A DNA stretch of 64,000 bases from contig CM022668.1 of assembly GCA_012295275.1 (NCBI GenBank), positions 6,696,001 through 6,760,000 on the forward strand, read 5' to 3'. Positions 1 through 23,498 of the stretch are shown piece by piece; the stretch's first letter is position 1, and each line of letters starts with the position of its first letter. A model generated the notes under the pieces. It saw only the letters and a program-made list of their open reading frames with translations, did not search any database and was not told the origin of the DNA. The translations under genes and the position numbers were made by a program. This DNA comes from Chrysomallon squamiferum. Taxonomy: Eukaryota > Animalia > Mollusca.

Positions 1-646
1 CTGTATTGTGACGGTTTCTTCATCTTCGTTGGTTTTAACAGAGGATTTACAGTCACGGCCTGTTAAATAGAAAACTTTCGTTAAAAAATAAAAATAAAAT
101 ATTCAGGAAATGATCGGTAAATATTTGAAAGATTGTCCTAAATATTACCAAAACGAATTGAATTGTTTTGTTTTGTTTATGTTTCTTTATATGTTCATTA
201 TATTATAAAATTATAAATATTATTATTATTATTATTATTATTTACTTATTTATTTATTTATTATGATTATTATTTGTTTTAGATTTGTTTGTTTTAACTT
301 TCTTAGTAATTGTTGTAGTTTATCTCCATGAACTCGTATGCGCATATGTATTTATGTTATCCGTATGAGGTGTGCGTACGTGAGTGAGCCCGTGCCTGGT
401 CTGACTGTGCGTGTGGACTTTCAGTTTAGAACTGAAATAAATAAACTGATACACTGAAATATATAATTTTTGGTGCTTCTCTTTTCAATTATTAGTTTTT
501 TTGTTTGTTTATTTATTGTTATTTATTAACAATAATTTCTTAGCAAGAAAGAGAACAACAATAACAGTACCTCCATAACCTCTCCGAAATTCACCAAAAG
601 CAAGTAGCACAAAAAATGAAATCTTCATTTCCTTAGATAAAAACAT
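1..646 (-). CDS. Gene A' (partial, 5' end): tandem near-identical copy of GON-TSR-TM receptor gene A
   Basis: Signal-peptide exon 646-571 (MFLSKEMKISFFVLLAFGEFRRGYG, donor GTACTG) and the start of the first GON exon at 59 (GRDCKSSVKTNEDEETVTIQ..., runs off the window). These match gene A exons 12613-12538 and 11978 onward; offset about 11.9 kb. Confidence 0.8.
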
Positions 647-1485
647 GTTTATCTGGAAAAAAATATACAGACATTTTATGTGTGTGTGTGTATGTGTGTG
701 TGTGTGTGTATGTGTGTATTTATATATATATATTTATATGCTTTTATACTGTATGTATACATGTATGTATGTATGTCTGTGTAAGTATGTGTGTATGTAT
801 GTGTGTATGTGTACGTGTATGTTTTAAGTAATTAATATTAGAATATTTTTTTAAATATTTCTAAATTTTGTTATGATGGATTCCAAAGTTTGGTTGTATA
901 AATAACAAAATACAACGACGATCCTTTGCAATAGCAGGATATCCCAGTTATAAAGTACTTATATACATATATGCTTGTACTGTATTTCAGTAAATAAATT
1001 AATTAAATAAAATAAAAATGTAGAAGAATCTTAAATTAATTAATCAGTATTTGACAACAGTCGTCTGCATGAAATAACAAACTACTTACGTTTCTAAGAT
1101 TTAAAAATCAGTTTTAAATTATTAGCAAACACTTTGATAAGAAAATTAAATAATAATAACTATGGTATATTATAATTTCTACTACAAATTCCCATTTATC
1201 AGTGCGATATATTTCAAGTCTCTGAATAATACAACGTCCTTTCAAAATGGCAGACAATCTTTTTTTAAAGTTGTTACGTCATGACGGTACGTAATTTTTT
1301 TTTTCGTCATAAACATTAACGTAAGGTTACGTAACGTTAGACAGGTCTAATTAAAGTAACAGAAATGTTAGCGTACCTTTGTAGTGAAGTATATTTCTAA
1401 AATTCATGCAATGGGGTTTTGAAATAAGCCAATTCTGAACATAAGAAATTCCTGTGATTTCTACTGAGCCCATAATAATAATAAC

Positions 1486-1554
<69 letters not shown>

Positions 1555-1958
1555 AGTAGTAGTAGTAGTAGTTATAATAATAATAATAATATTTATTACT
1601 ATGATAATGATAATTGTAATTTTTATGATAAAGACTATTATGACGATGACAATCATTATAATAATCATGATTATCATCATTGTGAGGATAATGATGATAA
1701 AGATGATGACGATAATAATAAGAATAACAATGATAACAGTAATGATGATAACAATAGTCATCACCATCATAGTTGTGAAAATACTTTTCATGTACTATGT
1801 TTCTTTGTATGTTGCATGTAGGTACTATGTATATCAAAAACAATTTATCATTTTTGTGTATTCACTTTCGAAGGATGATGATGAAATTAACAAGCGCTAA
1901 AGTTTATTAAATCTGTTCTAATGAGATCATGAAAATAAGATTGTTTTCGCCTGATTTA
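1..1958. repeat. Segmental duplication of about 11920-14418 (gene A promoter, 5' exons and introns), with an internal deletion
   Basis: Near-identical unique sequence, differing mainly in microsatellite lengths. At about 1781 the copy jumps from the equivalent of about 13790 to about 14243. Confidence 0.9.
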
Positions 1959-2829
1959 TTATAAAGATATTATAAAAATAAATGAATAAATAAATAAATT
2001 AATTAATACATAATAAATAAATAAATAAACACGTAAATAAATAAATAAATAAATAAATAAATTCATAAATAAATAAATTAATTAATAAATTAATAAATAC
2101 GTAAATAAATAAATAAATAAATAAGAAAACAAAATGATCAAACATTGATTTTCAATTGAAAATTTATTTATAATTTAATTACACATATATTCTCATCCAC
2201 CATGTAAACGGAAACACTAATATACACATTTATTTTCAACTAATAATTTCATTTTAAACATTCATTTATAAATTATGCACTGACGTAAACATTTATTTGT
2301 ATACATTATAGATACATGAATAATTTACATTCAGCTAGTATCTTAAGTCACTTATATATAATCTAAATATACATTTTCAGGTACATATCCTTTATCAACG
2401 ATTGTCTAAGCATTTATTTATGAACTGTATAAACGTTTTCAACAACAAAGACGCTTGAAACATTTATTTTCAACATATTTCAATCGAAACAATTGTTTAT
2501 AAACTGTATTCATATTTTAATATTTATTTTCAAGAACTAATACATTTATTTATAAACAATATTTATTTTCAACAACTAATAGTTATTTTAAAATAATGTA
2601 TACATATACATATATATATTTATTTTCAATTACTAATACTTTTATTTATAAACAATGTATATACGTAACTATTTATTTTCAACAACTAATATTTATAAAT
2701 AATGTACACATGTAAATATTTATTTTCAATTAGTATATTTAAGATATACAGGTAATAAGGAACTATTGTAGACTGAAAGGACTCTTAAATATAGAGAGGT
2801 AATATTAATCATTATTACTTTTGGTTATC

Positions 2830-3451
2830 TCTCGTTAATACAGCCTCTTGTTTAAATAGATTGTCTTTATTTAATTGACCCTGTTTCATTAGATTCTTCC
2901 TTTTGTATAAAATACTCTGTTTATTTAGTAGACCCTCTTTCTTTTAAAGGTTATCTTTCTTTAAAATAACCTATTTAACAGATTATTTTTCTTTAATAGT
3001 AAATAGACTGTTTATTTAATAGACAGTGTCTCTTTGGTACTTTTTATTTAATAGAATTGCTTTTTCTGTAACCTGTTTTTTATAATAGATTCTCTTTATT
3101 TAATAGTCTCCCTTTCTTTACTAGACCTTGTTTCATTAATAGTTTTTCTTTAATAGATTATCTTTGTTAACAGATCCTATTTCTCCAGTGTATTCTCTTT
3201 CTTTAACTAAACCCAGTTTATCGAATTGTTTATATTTCTTTAATTGAACGCGTTTATCAAATTGTTTATATTTCTTTAATTGAACCCGTTTATCGAATTA
3301 TTTATATTTCTTTAATAGGACCAGTTTATCGAATTGTTTATATTTCTTTAATTGAACCCGTTTATTTAATTAACTATATTTCTTTAGGAGACTCCGTTTC
3401 TTTGATAGCTTATCCTTCTTTAATAGACTGTGTTTCCTTAGCAAGTTCTGT

Positions 3452-3454
<3 letters not shown>
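2830..3454 (-). repeat. Degenerate 18-bp tandem repeat (36-bp dimers at about 3210-3380) starting at the gene A stop codon
   Basis: Minus-strand units such as AAA GAA ACG GAG TCT CCT and AAA TAA ACG GGT TCA ATT. Related arrays lie after the tail exons at about 34310-35290, 41270-42060 and 62430-63170. Confidence 0.75.
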
Positions 3455-12613
<9,159 letters not shown>

Positions 12614-12666
12614 GTTTATCTGGAAAAAAATATACAGAAAAAATATATATAGACATTTTATATGTG

Positions 12667-12707
<41 letters not shown>

Positions 12708-13088
12708 TTTTATACTGTATGTATACATGTATGTATGTATGTCTGTGTAAGTATGTTTGTATGTATGTCTGTGTAAGTGTGTATGTATGTGTGTATGTGT
12801 ACGTGTATGTTTTAAGTAATTAATATTAGAATTTTTTTTTTAAATATTTCTACATTTTGTTATGATGGATTCCAAAGTTTGTTTGTATAAATAACAAAAT
12901 ACAACGACGATCCTTTGCAATAGCAGGATATCCCAGTTATAAAGTACCTATATACATATATGCTTGTACTGTATTTCAGTAAATAAATAAATTAATTAAT
13001 TAATTAAATAAAATAAAAATGTAGAAGAATCTTAAATTAATTAATCAGTATTTGACAACAGTCGTCTGCATGAAATAACAAACTACTT

Positions 13089-13290
13089 ACGTTTCTAAGA
13101 TTTAAAAATCAGTTTTAAATTATTAGCAAACACTTTGATAAGAAAATTAAATAATAATAACTATGGTATATTATAATTTCTACTACAAATTCCCATTTAT
13201 CAGTCCGAAATATTTCAAGTCTCTGAATAATACAACGTCCTTTCAAAATGGCAGACAATCTTTTTTTAAAGTTGTTACGTCATGACGGTA
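13089..13290 (-). promoter_or_regulatory. Putative proximal promoter and non-coding first exon of gene A
   Basis: Conserved donor AAAC|GTAAGT (13091/13090), YY1-like GCCATTTT (about 13245-13252) and palindromic CRE-like CGTCATGACGTAA (13275-13287). The same order and similar spacing recur upstream of A' (1089-1286), D (40086-40282), F (45134-45346) and at 32718-32920. Confidence 0.55.
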
Positions 13291-13487
13291 CGTAATTTTT
13301 GTCTTCGTAATTTTTGTCTTCGTCATAAACATTAACGTAAGGTCACGTAACGTTGGACAGGTCTAATTAAAGTAACAGAAATGTTAGCGTACCTTTGTAG
13401 TGAAGTATATTTCTAAAATTCATGCAATGGGGTTTTGAAATAAGCCAATTCTGAACATAAGAAATTCCTGTGATTTCTACTGAGCCC

Positions 13488-13579
<92 letters not shown>

Positions 13580-14045
13580 TATAATAATAATAATAATATT
13601 TATTACTATGATAATGATAATGGTAATTTTTATGATAAAGACTATTATGACGATGACAATCATTATAATAATCATGATTATCATCATTGTGAGGATAATG
13701 ATGATAAAGATGATGACGATAATAATAAGAATAACAATGATAACAGTAATGATGATAACAATAGTCATCATCATCATAGTTGTGAAAATAATGATGATGA
13801 TGAGGATAACAATAACAATAATGATGATGATGATTGTGAAAATAACGATTGTAATTGTACTGATGCTGATTCTGATGATGATAATTAAATATAGTCGGTC
13901 AGTCAAGTCATAATGTCCTTGACCTTTTTATGCTTCCGGAAGTTCACAGATTATTTACAAATAAAGAAAAATAACAGAATTACACTGTAAGAATTTGCTA
14001 ATTTATTAAGATATATTAAATTATTTTTGTAGATCTATATTATTC

Positions 14046-14080
<35 letters not shown>

Positions 14081-14084
14081 GTTA

Positions 14085-14143
<59 letters not shown>

Positions 14144-14511
14144 AACATCATCATATTTCAGTTTTTATTTACAAGATAAACTATGATTATTTTGATATTT
14201 TCAAAACAAGAATAACAAAAGCCTTACTCAGTGTATCATTCAGATACTTTTCATGTGCAATGTTTCTTTGTATGTTGTATGTAGGTACTATGTATATCAA
14301 AAACAATTTATCATTTTTGTGTATTCACTTTCGAAGGATGATGATGAAATTAACAAGCGCTAAAGTTTATTAAATCTGTTCTAATGAGATAATGAAAATA
14401 AGATTGTTTTCGCCTGACTTAATCGAATAAGTTTTACTCTGTGAAAATTTCCAGATTAGTCTATAAAATGTTTACATTTTTTAAGTCGAAGGGACGATAA
14501 AACAAAAATAA

Positions 14512-14555
<44 letters not shown>

Positions 14556-15749
14556 GGTTATTATTATTTTATCAAAACATAAAGAAGAAAGTTTCTACAT
14601 TATATTTGAATTGTATCAATAGTTATCCTGCGAAAAAAGTTATACTCACACACTTTGCCATTAATTAACTTTTGTGGAAATGTGACGGTAAGATTGTTAA
14701 AATCTCAACAAATATGTGACGAAACATTAAGATATTTCAACAACATAAAAACAGAACAAAAATAGCAACACAAAAATCTGATGGTTGTTAAAAATGTCGA
14801 TCTCCGATAACGTGCAGAAACTCATAACGTCCTTCACCTTTTTATGCTTCCGGAAGTTCATTGATTAATTGTTTACAAACAAAGAAAAATAACACTGAAA
14901 GAATCTGCTAAGTTATTAAGGTAGATTTATTTATTTTGGTATAAACACGACAGGAAGATCCACTGTTATTACGACGTCCCAGACTCCGGTGGCATTTGCA
15001 TATTGTTTTTGGGGGGTAACATTGGGTCATGACGTAATGAAAGTGACAAACATAAAGTCTAGGTCATTTTTCACAATCTCATAGTATAATTGTTTCTGTT
15101 ATATTCATATTCATCGGTTACGTTTCTATGCAAAACAAATATTTGAATATTTATTACGGATAAAAGATAAATTAAAAAAAAAAACTAAAAGAACAAAACC
15201 CACCCAAAATTTCCCCAGTTTCGTTGTTTTGTGAAAACAACTACTAATGTACTAAATATACTTTTTGTTTTATCTTATTCTCTCGTGTTTACATGTAAAA
15301 TCGATCAGTTAGCTACTATGCGTAGTCTAATTAATAATTTACGTCATTGACTTTTGGGAGAACTATTTATATTCCTACGCCAGAGAATATGGTTCCCTTT
15401 TGCAGTACAGCTCTCTTCAGTTTTAGCAATGGCGTTCAGTGTTTCTTACTGAGATTTAGTAACGGATGGTCTTCTAGTTAAACTATTCAGATTAATGTCT
15501 GAAAAAAGTACGTAAGATAACTCCTTAAAACTTTAACATTTTGTTTGCTTCATTTACATGTTGCTTGTCTTGTTTGTTTTAAATATTGACCAGATGATAT
15601 AAAGATGAAGAAATGTCAAAATAACATCATAGAGAATAGTTCAGAGAAATGCAGGGATGAGAGCAATATAGAAAGCATCTAAAATCAGCGATAATTTAAA
15701 ATTGGGAATACATAAACGAACCAAGCTGCATAGAATTTAAATTTATGCA

Positions 15750-15802
<53 letters not shown>

Positions 15803-15842
15803 TACTACTACTACTACTATTATTATTATTATTGTTATTATT

Positions 15843-15881
<39 letters not shown>

Positions 15882-16150
15882 GCTGTTGTTATGATGTATT
15901 TGTGGTTCCTGTTATTGTCATTGTTGTTATTTATTATTATTGTTGTAGTAATTATTATTATTATTATTATTATTAAAAACTACGAAATTCTTTAATACTA
16001 AGAATTAGCTACTACTATTACTACTACTATTACTACTACTACTGTTTCAGTCGCTCGGTTTCTGTCCGTCTGTCTCTCTGTTTAGTTTTGACTGTGTGTA
16101 TATATAAAATTGGTTTTATTATAGATCTGGGAAGATTTTGTATATATGGA

Positions 16151-17077
16151 ATGACGATCACAGCTTTACTTATAATTTTAGGAGCACAGAAAATCAGTAA
16201 GCGCAGTTCTCGTTTAACTTTTAGAAATTATGTTTTCCTGTTCTTCTTTTGAGCAACATCAAAGACGATATCATCATCATCATCATTATTGTTGTGGTTA
16301 TTGTTATTATTATTATTATTATTATTGGTCACTGTCATTGTCGTTGTCGTTGTAGTCGACATTATCATCATCACCATTATGATCATCATAATCCACATTT
16401 GATTTATGAGAACCATCTCCACTTTTGCAGCTGTCGCCATTATATAAGCAGTGCATATATATATATATATGTATGTACATATACATATATACAGGGTGTC
16501 CCAAAAATAACAAAACCGCATACTTAAATAAAATTAGATATTAAAAACAACAAATTTAATCTGTATATTTAGTATTCACAAATGTTCAAAATGTCTACCT
16601 TGAATTTAAATACAATCACATCACCTTTTGCCAAGACTGCGACATACTTTTTGACAAGTTTCCACTGAAATTTGGTTCCATTCGTGCTGAATACTTTGTT
16701 TCAGTTGATCAATGGTCCTAGGTTTGTTAGCATAAACTGCGTTTTTTAGAACTCCCCATAGAAAGAAATCAGGGGATCTTGCAGGCCATTCGTTTAAATC
16801 TAAAGTTCTTCGCTGCATTTTTAACAGTGAGGGTACCATTTCAAGTCAAACCATGAAGAGTCCAGTAGCGCGCGCTAAAACAGAAGTCTGGATCACGAAG
16901 AACACTACAATCAGGTAACAAAAATCATTCCAAAGACTACTACTGACAGAAGTGAATGAATAGTACAAAAGATAACATAAAATGACATGAAGTTTGCGGT
17001 TCGGTTACTTTTGGGACACCCTGTATATGAGCGTGTGTGTGTGTGTGTGTGTGTGTGGATAGATAAATATACATAAA

Positions 17078-17110
<33 letters not shown>

Positions 17111-17543
17111 TACATGTAGATATATACATACGTATACAAAAATATATTAATATTAAATTGCCAATTTAGATATAATTAAGTACTGCAATTTATATATAAT
17201 CTACATACATACATAAACACTTAACTGATATTTCATCACTTATCTACGAAATTACGTAGATACATAATTAATGTATCATGCTTATCTACGTATCTACGTA
17301 CAGACATAATTAATATTACTTTTCTACTGTTTATTTGAGGCGCTCAAAGTTGGTCTACTTGGTCACTTGACAAAACAAGCCAGTGTTCTGTGACGTGTGG
17401 TGACGGAATGGAGGTCGCGGCTTTCTCAAGGAGATGTTCGACTGGAAAATGCAACGGCGCGCCCGTTAAAACACTGACTCAGTCTTGTCACGAAACTAAC
17501 TGTATAAGTAAGCATGTTTCTCAATGTGTGTCTGTCTTACTAA

Positions 17544-17578
<35 letters not shown>

Positions 17579-18554
17579 AAACACACACACTCACACAAAC
17601 ACACACACACATACACACACAGGTACACACACACACACGTACACACACACACACACACACACACAGGTTAAGTTTCAGAGTCGATGTAGTGAACTACGTT
17701 GCCACTTTTCATTACAGTCTGATATTAACATAAGACTAACAGAATACGTTACAATGTAAGTGGGTCACGTGACACGATGTCAACGTTCAGACAAATGGAG
17801 TTAATATATTAGCTCATTAGCATCACGGCGCGTGAACCCAATCCTATACTGGACACACGTTGTTTCGTGCTGTTGTCGTTATGATGTTTTGGGTCGTTGC
17901 CTGTCACAAATCGTCGACGTAGATGTGGCTGGAGAGATGTAGCAATATCTAAGTCGCCTGCCAATTTGACCCAGGTGCACTTATCTGCAACTAAGACACG
18001 CTGGACAAATTAGTAGCTTTGACGCACTGTCCAGACTGTCACCAAGCACAACTGACCCTTCCCCAGTCTGCATCACGTCTGTGACTGGATTATCTTGTCC
18101 AGACAGCGGATTCAAGTCGGATTAGTATCTGCCATGTCCTGTGACGTATATCTGTATATACTGTTATTTATTTGTTTAGTTGATGGGGGGTGGACAACGT
18201 GGGTGGAGGGAGAAACTGTGCCGTGTTCTGTGACGTGTGATGTGGGTAGGAGGAAGTTCCAGCGTAGACGTACGTGTACCAATCCAAGGCCCTTAAACGG
18301 AGGGAAGCAGTGCTATGGCAACGCGACCATTTCCTACACAGAAAGCTGCATTGGTTCAGTTAACTGCAGTAGTAGGTTTCATTTCTTTGTTATTATCTAA
18401 AACCTTTGATTTTTTTTTTTCCAAAGTGTCCGCTTTAATTGTTTGTAGATCTTTATATTATTTTATATTTACACATTTTCTGCTATATTTGTTTGTAAAT
18501 AATTTATTTCTCTACATTCCCAAACATTCCCAAAGTTTTATGAATTATGTTTGT

Positions 18555-18588
<34 letters not shown>

Positions 18589-20640
18589 TATTATTATTAT
18601 TTATTTATTTTTTTTTTCTTTTTATTTCTAAAATGTTTCTTAATTTATTTGTAATTTTAAGATATTATTTATTTTGGATAATTCCTTTTTGTAGGAATAA
18701 TAATAAAAATAGTAGTATTAGTAGTAGTAATAATAGTAATAGAAGTAGTAGTAGTAGTAATAATGATGATGATGATAATAATAATAAAAATAAAGACAGA
18801 ATCAACAATAAATAAATAAATAATAAAATAAATAAAATAAATAAAATAAAATAAACAAAATAAATAAAATAAAATAAATATAATAAATAATTAAAAATAA
18901 ATTAAAATAAATAAAATAAAATTAAATTAAATTACATTAAATTACATTACATTATATTACATAAAATAAAATAAAATAACATAAAATAAAATAAAATAAA
19001 TGAAAATAAATAAAATAAAATAAAATATATGAAAAATGAAAATAAATAAAATCAAATCAAATAAAATCAAATTAAATTACATAAAATAAAATAAAATAAA
19101 CTTAAATTAAATTAAATTAAAATTAAAATTAAATTAAAATTAAATTAAATTAAATTAAAATTAAATTAAACAAAATTAAATTAAATTAAATTAAAATAAA
19201 TAAAATAAAATAAAATAACATAAAAATAAAATAAATTAAAATAAATAAAATAAAATAAAATAAAATAACATAAAAAATAAAATAAATTAAAATAAATTAA
19301 AATAAATAAAATTAAATAAAATTAAATAAATTAAAATAAATTAAAATAAAATAAATAAAATAAATAAAATAAATAAAATAAAATTAAATTAAATTAAATT
19401 AAATTAAATTAAATTAAATCAAATTAAATTACATAAAATAACATAAAATAAAATAAACTTAAATTAAATTAAATTAAATTAAATTAAATTAAATTAAATT
19501 AAAATAAAATAAATTAAGTTATTTTTCGTCTCACACAGTTGACGGAGGCTGGAGCTCCTGGCACCACTACGAACGCAAACCTTGCAGCGTCACGTGTGGA
19601 GACACGCCAGGCTTCATAGAGGACGTCTTCATTCGCGTCTGCAACTCGCCAAAACCACAACACCACGGAAAAGGCTGCGAAGGCGACGAGAGGAAATCGG
19701 CGCCGGAGACGTGCACGACGTCAAAACAATGTGCAGGTGATACTTCAGTTTGTGCTACCTCTCTCACGTGCGTGATACTTCAGTTTGTTCTACCTCTTCC
19801 ACGTTCGTGATACTTCAGTTTGTTCTACCTGTCCCACGTGCGTGATACTTCAGTTTGTGCTACCTGTCCCACGTGCGTGATACTTCAGTTTGTGCTACCT
19901 GTCCCACGTGCGTGATACTTCAGTTTGTGCTACCTGTCCCACGTGTGTGATACTTCAGTTTGTGCTACCTCTCTCACGTGCGTGATACTTCAGTTTGTGC
20001 TACCTCTCTCACGTGCGTGATACTTCAGTTTGTGCTACCTCTCCCACGTGCGCGATACTTCAGTTTGTGCTACCTCTCCCACGTGCGTGATACTTCAGTT
20101 TGTGCTACCTCTCCCACGTGCGCGATACTTCAGTTTGTGCTACCTCTCCCATGTGCGTGATACTTCAGTTTGTGCTACCTGTCCCACGTGCGTGATACTT
20201 CAGTTTGTGCTACCTCTCCCACGTGCGTGATACTTCAGTTTGTGCTACCTGTCCCACGTGTGTGATACTTCAGTTTGTGCTACCCTCTCACGTGCGTGAT
20301 ACTTCAGTTTGTGCTACCTCTCTCACGTGCGTGATACTTCAGTTTGTGCTACCTCTCCCACGTGCGCGATACTTCAGTTTGTGCTACCTCTCCCACGTGC
20401 GTGATACTTCAGTTTGTGCTACCTCTCCCACGTGCGCGATACTTCAGTTTGTGCTACCTCTCCCATGTGCGTGATACTTCAGTTTGTGCTACCTGTCCCA
20501 CGTGCGTGATACTTCAGTTTGTGCTACCTCTCCCACGTGCGCGATACTTCAGTTTGTGCTACCTCTCCCACGTGCGTGTAGTTACCGACATCCAACTTGG
20601 AACATTGACCATAATTCTTTTCCCCTGTGTTATAGATCTG

Positions 20641-20690
<50 letters not shown>

Positions 20691-20839
20691 AACAACAATA
20701 ACAACAATAATAATAATAATAATAATAATAACATAATAATAAATAAATAAATAAATAAATAATAATAGTAATAATAAAAATGTTAATAATAATAATAATA
20801 AAAATAAAACATAATATAATAATTATAATAATAATAATA

Positions 20840-20876
<37 letters not shown>

Positions 20877-21011
20877 CAACAACAACAACAACAACACCAA
20901 CAATAATAAAGAGACAATAGTAATGACACTGGTAATAAGATTGAGTGGTTTACTGAACATTAACAACACTACAACAAATCAGATATATATATAAGTGAAT
21001 TATTGTGTATG

Positions 21012-21050
<39 letters not shown>

Positions 21051-21638
21051 AAGCTGGGTTTTTTTTTGTTTTGTTTTTTTAGTTGACGGTGGATGGACTA
21101 GTTGGTCTAAAGTGGAAATTGAATCTTGCGAGGTGCCCTGTATAAACGGAGTTTTGAATGTTACGTACGTACGTCAGTGTAACGAGCCTGCGCCTGCGCA
21201 CGGGGGGGCCGTGTGTCCTGACACCGACACAAAGATCGTGGAGGAAACGTGTCCTACGGAAAACTGCTCTGGTGTTATTTATTAGTCATTTGTTAATTGC
21301 TTAGTCGTTATTTACTAGTTATTAATTCATTATTTATTCATCTATATATTAACTGTTTATCAATTGTGTACTTGTTTAGTAATTATTTACTGGGTTATTT
21401 TTATTTATTGATTTATTTAGTTTTATTTTTGTTTTTATTTTTATTTTTTTATTTACAAAAAGAAAGAATAAGAATGAGAACTGGAACAACAACAGCATAT
21501 TAATAATAGTAGCAGTAGTAGTTGTAGTAGTACTGGTAGTATTAGTAGTAATAGTACTAGTAGTGGTAATAGTAACTAATAATAACAACGATGACGATGA
21601 GAGTAATATTAGAATGAATAGTTTCGATAATGGTTAAG

Positions 21639-21702
<64 letters not shown>

Positions 21703-21953
21703 TTATAACAATAGCAAGAATAATTTTGATTATAATGATAACGATGATGATGATAATGATATTCAGCAACGATGATAAAACTATAAGACAAAAAAAATTA
21801 GTCTTCAAATAGAAACGAGAATTTGTTATTATTATTATTATTATTGCTACTGTTGTTGTTGCTGTTGTTGCTGTTGTTGTTGCTGCTGTTGCTGTTGTTA
21901 TTGTTGTTGTTGTTATGATGTATTTGTGGTTCCTATTATACTGTTGTTGCTGC

Positions 21954-21984
<31 letters not shown>

Positions 21985-22455
21985 CTGTTGTTGTTGTCTT
22001 TGTCGTTGTTGTTATTATTATTACTATTACTGACACTGTTGTCGTTGCTGCTATTATTATTACTGCTTTTTCTTCAGTTGATGGAGGTTGGAATACATGG
22101 ACTGAAAATGTTTCTAAGCCTTGTTCATCGTACTGTGGAGAACGTAACATTCACGCCGTGTTTCTGTACCGCGAGTGTACCAGACCTGAACCGCGAAATG
22201 GTGGACTCGACTGTGTCGGTAGCACCACTAAATCCACGAATGAGTACTGTGGCAAGGTGTTTTCATGTTCAGGTGTTGTATCTTTGAAAATAAAATTACA
22301 GTAATAAAGAAATTGTTGTACACTGCCTTACGCGTTCTTCATCTCTGTGATACATCATGTTCATCTTTCCCTGTTTCTTACTGTTCAGTCTGTCTCTCTT
22401 TCTGCGTCTATTTATTTTTCTCCCTGTATCTCTTTTTCTGTATGTCTGTCTATTT

Positions 22456-22546
<91 letters not shown>

Positions 22547-23327
22547 TGTAATTGTTCATTTCTGTGTTGTTCTTTCTGTTTTTACAATTATTTGGAAGTT
22601 CTAAAACATTTAATATTTAGCTATAAATATTCGTTATTCACGGTAAGAGAAGAAACTTAACAAATGAAATATTTTTACATTACAGTTGTTACTGAGGAAG
22701 ACAATGCTGTCCCCACCGCCTTAGGAATATTGCTTGGAACTGTCATTCTCATATCAGGAATTTATATTACATTAACTGTTATGTGAGTTAAATTTAGACA
22801 CCATTTGTGTCTGACTCTCTATCTACCTATATATGTATATCAATAAGTATCTATGTATCTAAATATCTGTGTATCTAAAAGAATATGTATGTATGTATCT
22901 ACCTATCTCTCTATTCATCTACCTACAGGAACGTATGTAAATGGGGTCATATATATATATATATATATATATATATCTGCAAGTCTCTTGATTGTACATT
23001 GTTATATCTGTAGGTATAACATGATTTACTACGATATACTAAGGCTACTACTACCATTGCTAAGATGTATTATTTATATGTTTATTACCTTGACTTTACA
23101 AAAACTAATATTACTATTGTTCTTGTTCTTGTTTTTATTATTGTTATTGCTCTTACTGAGTTTTCATTATTATTATTATTATTACTAGTAGTAGTAGTAG
23201 CAGTAATGGTAGTAGTGGTAGTGGTAATGGTGGTGGTGGTGGTGGTAGTAGTAGTAGTAGTAGTATAAATGTTAGTATTAGTAATGTTGTTGTTATTGCT
23301 ATTATATTGTCATTATTATTATTATTA

Positions 23328-23394
<67 letters not shown>

Positions 23395-23433
23395 TACTAT
23401 ATCATATTATGAAAATATTTAATCATCATCTTT

Positions 23434-23498
<65 letters not shown>

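Noticed and set aside
19737-20575. 35-bp repeat as a CRISPR array or as Cys-rich repeat ORFs
   Set aside because: Units are contiguous with no unique spacers, there are no cas genes, and the context is a eukaryotic intron. A period not divisible by 3 explains the overlapping ORFs.
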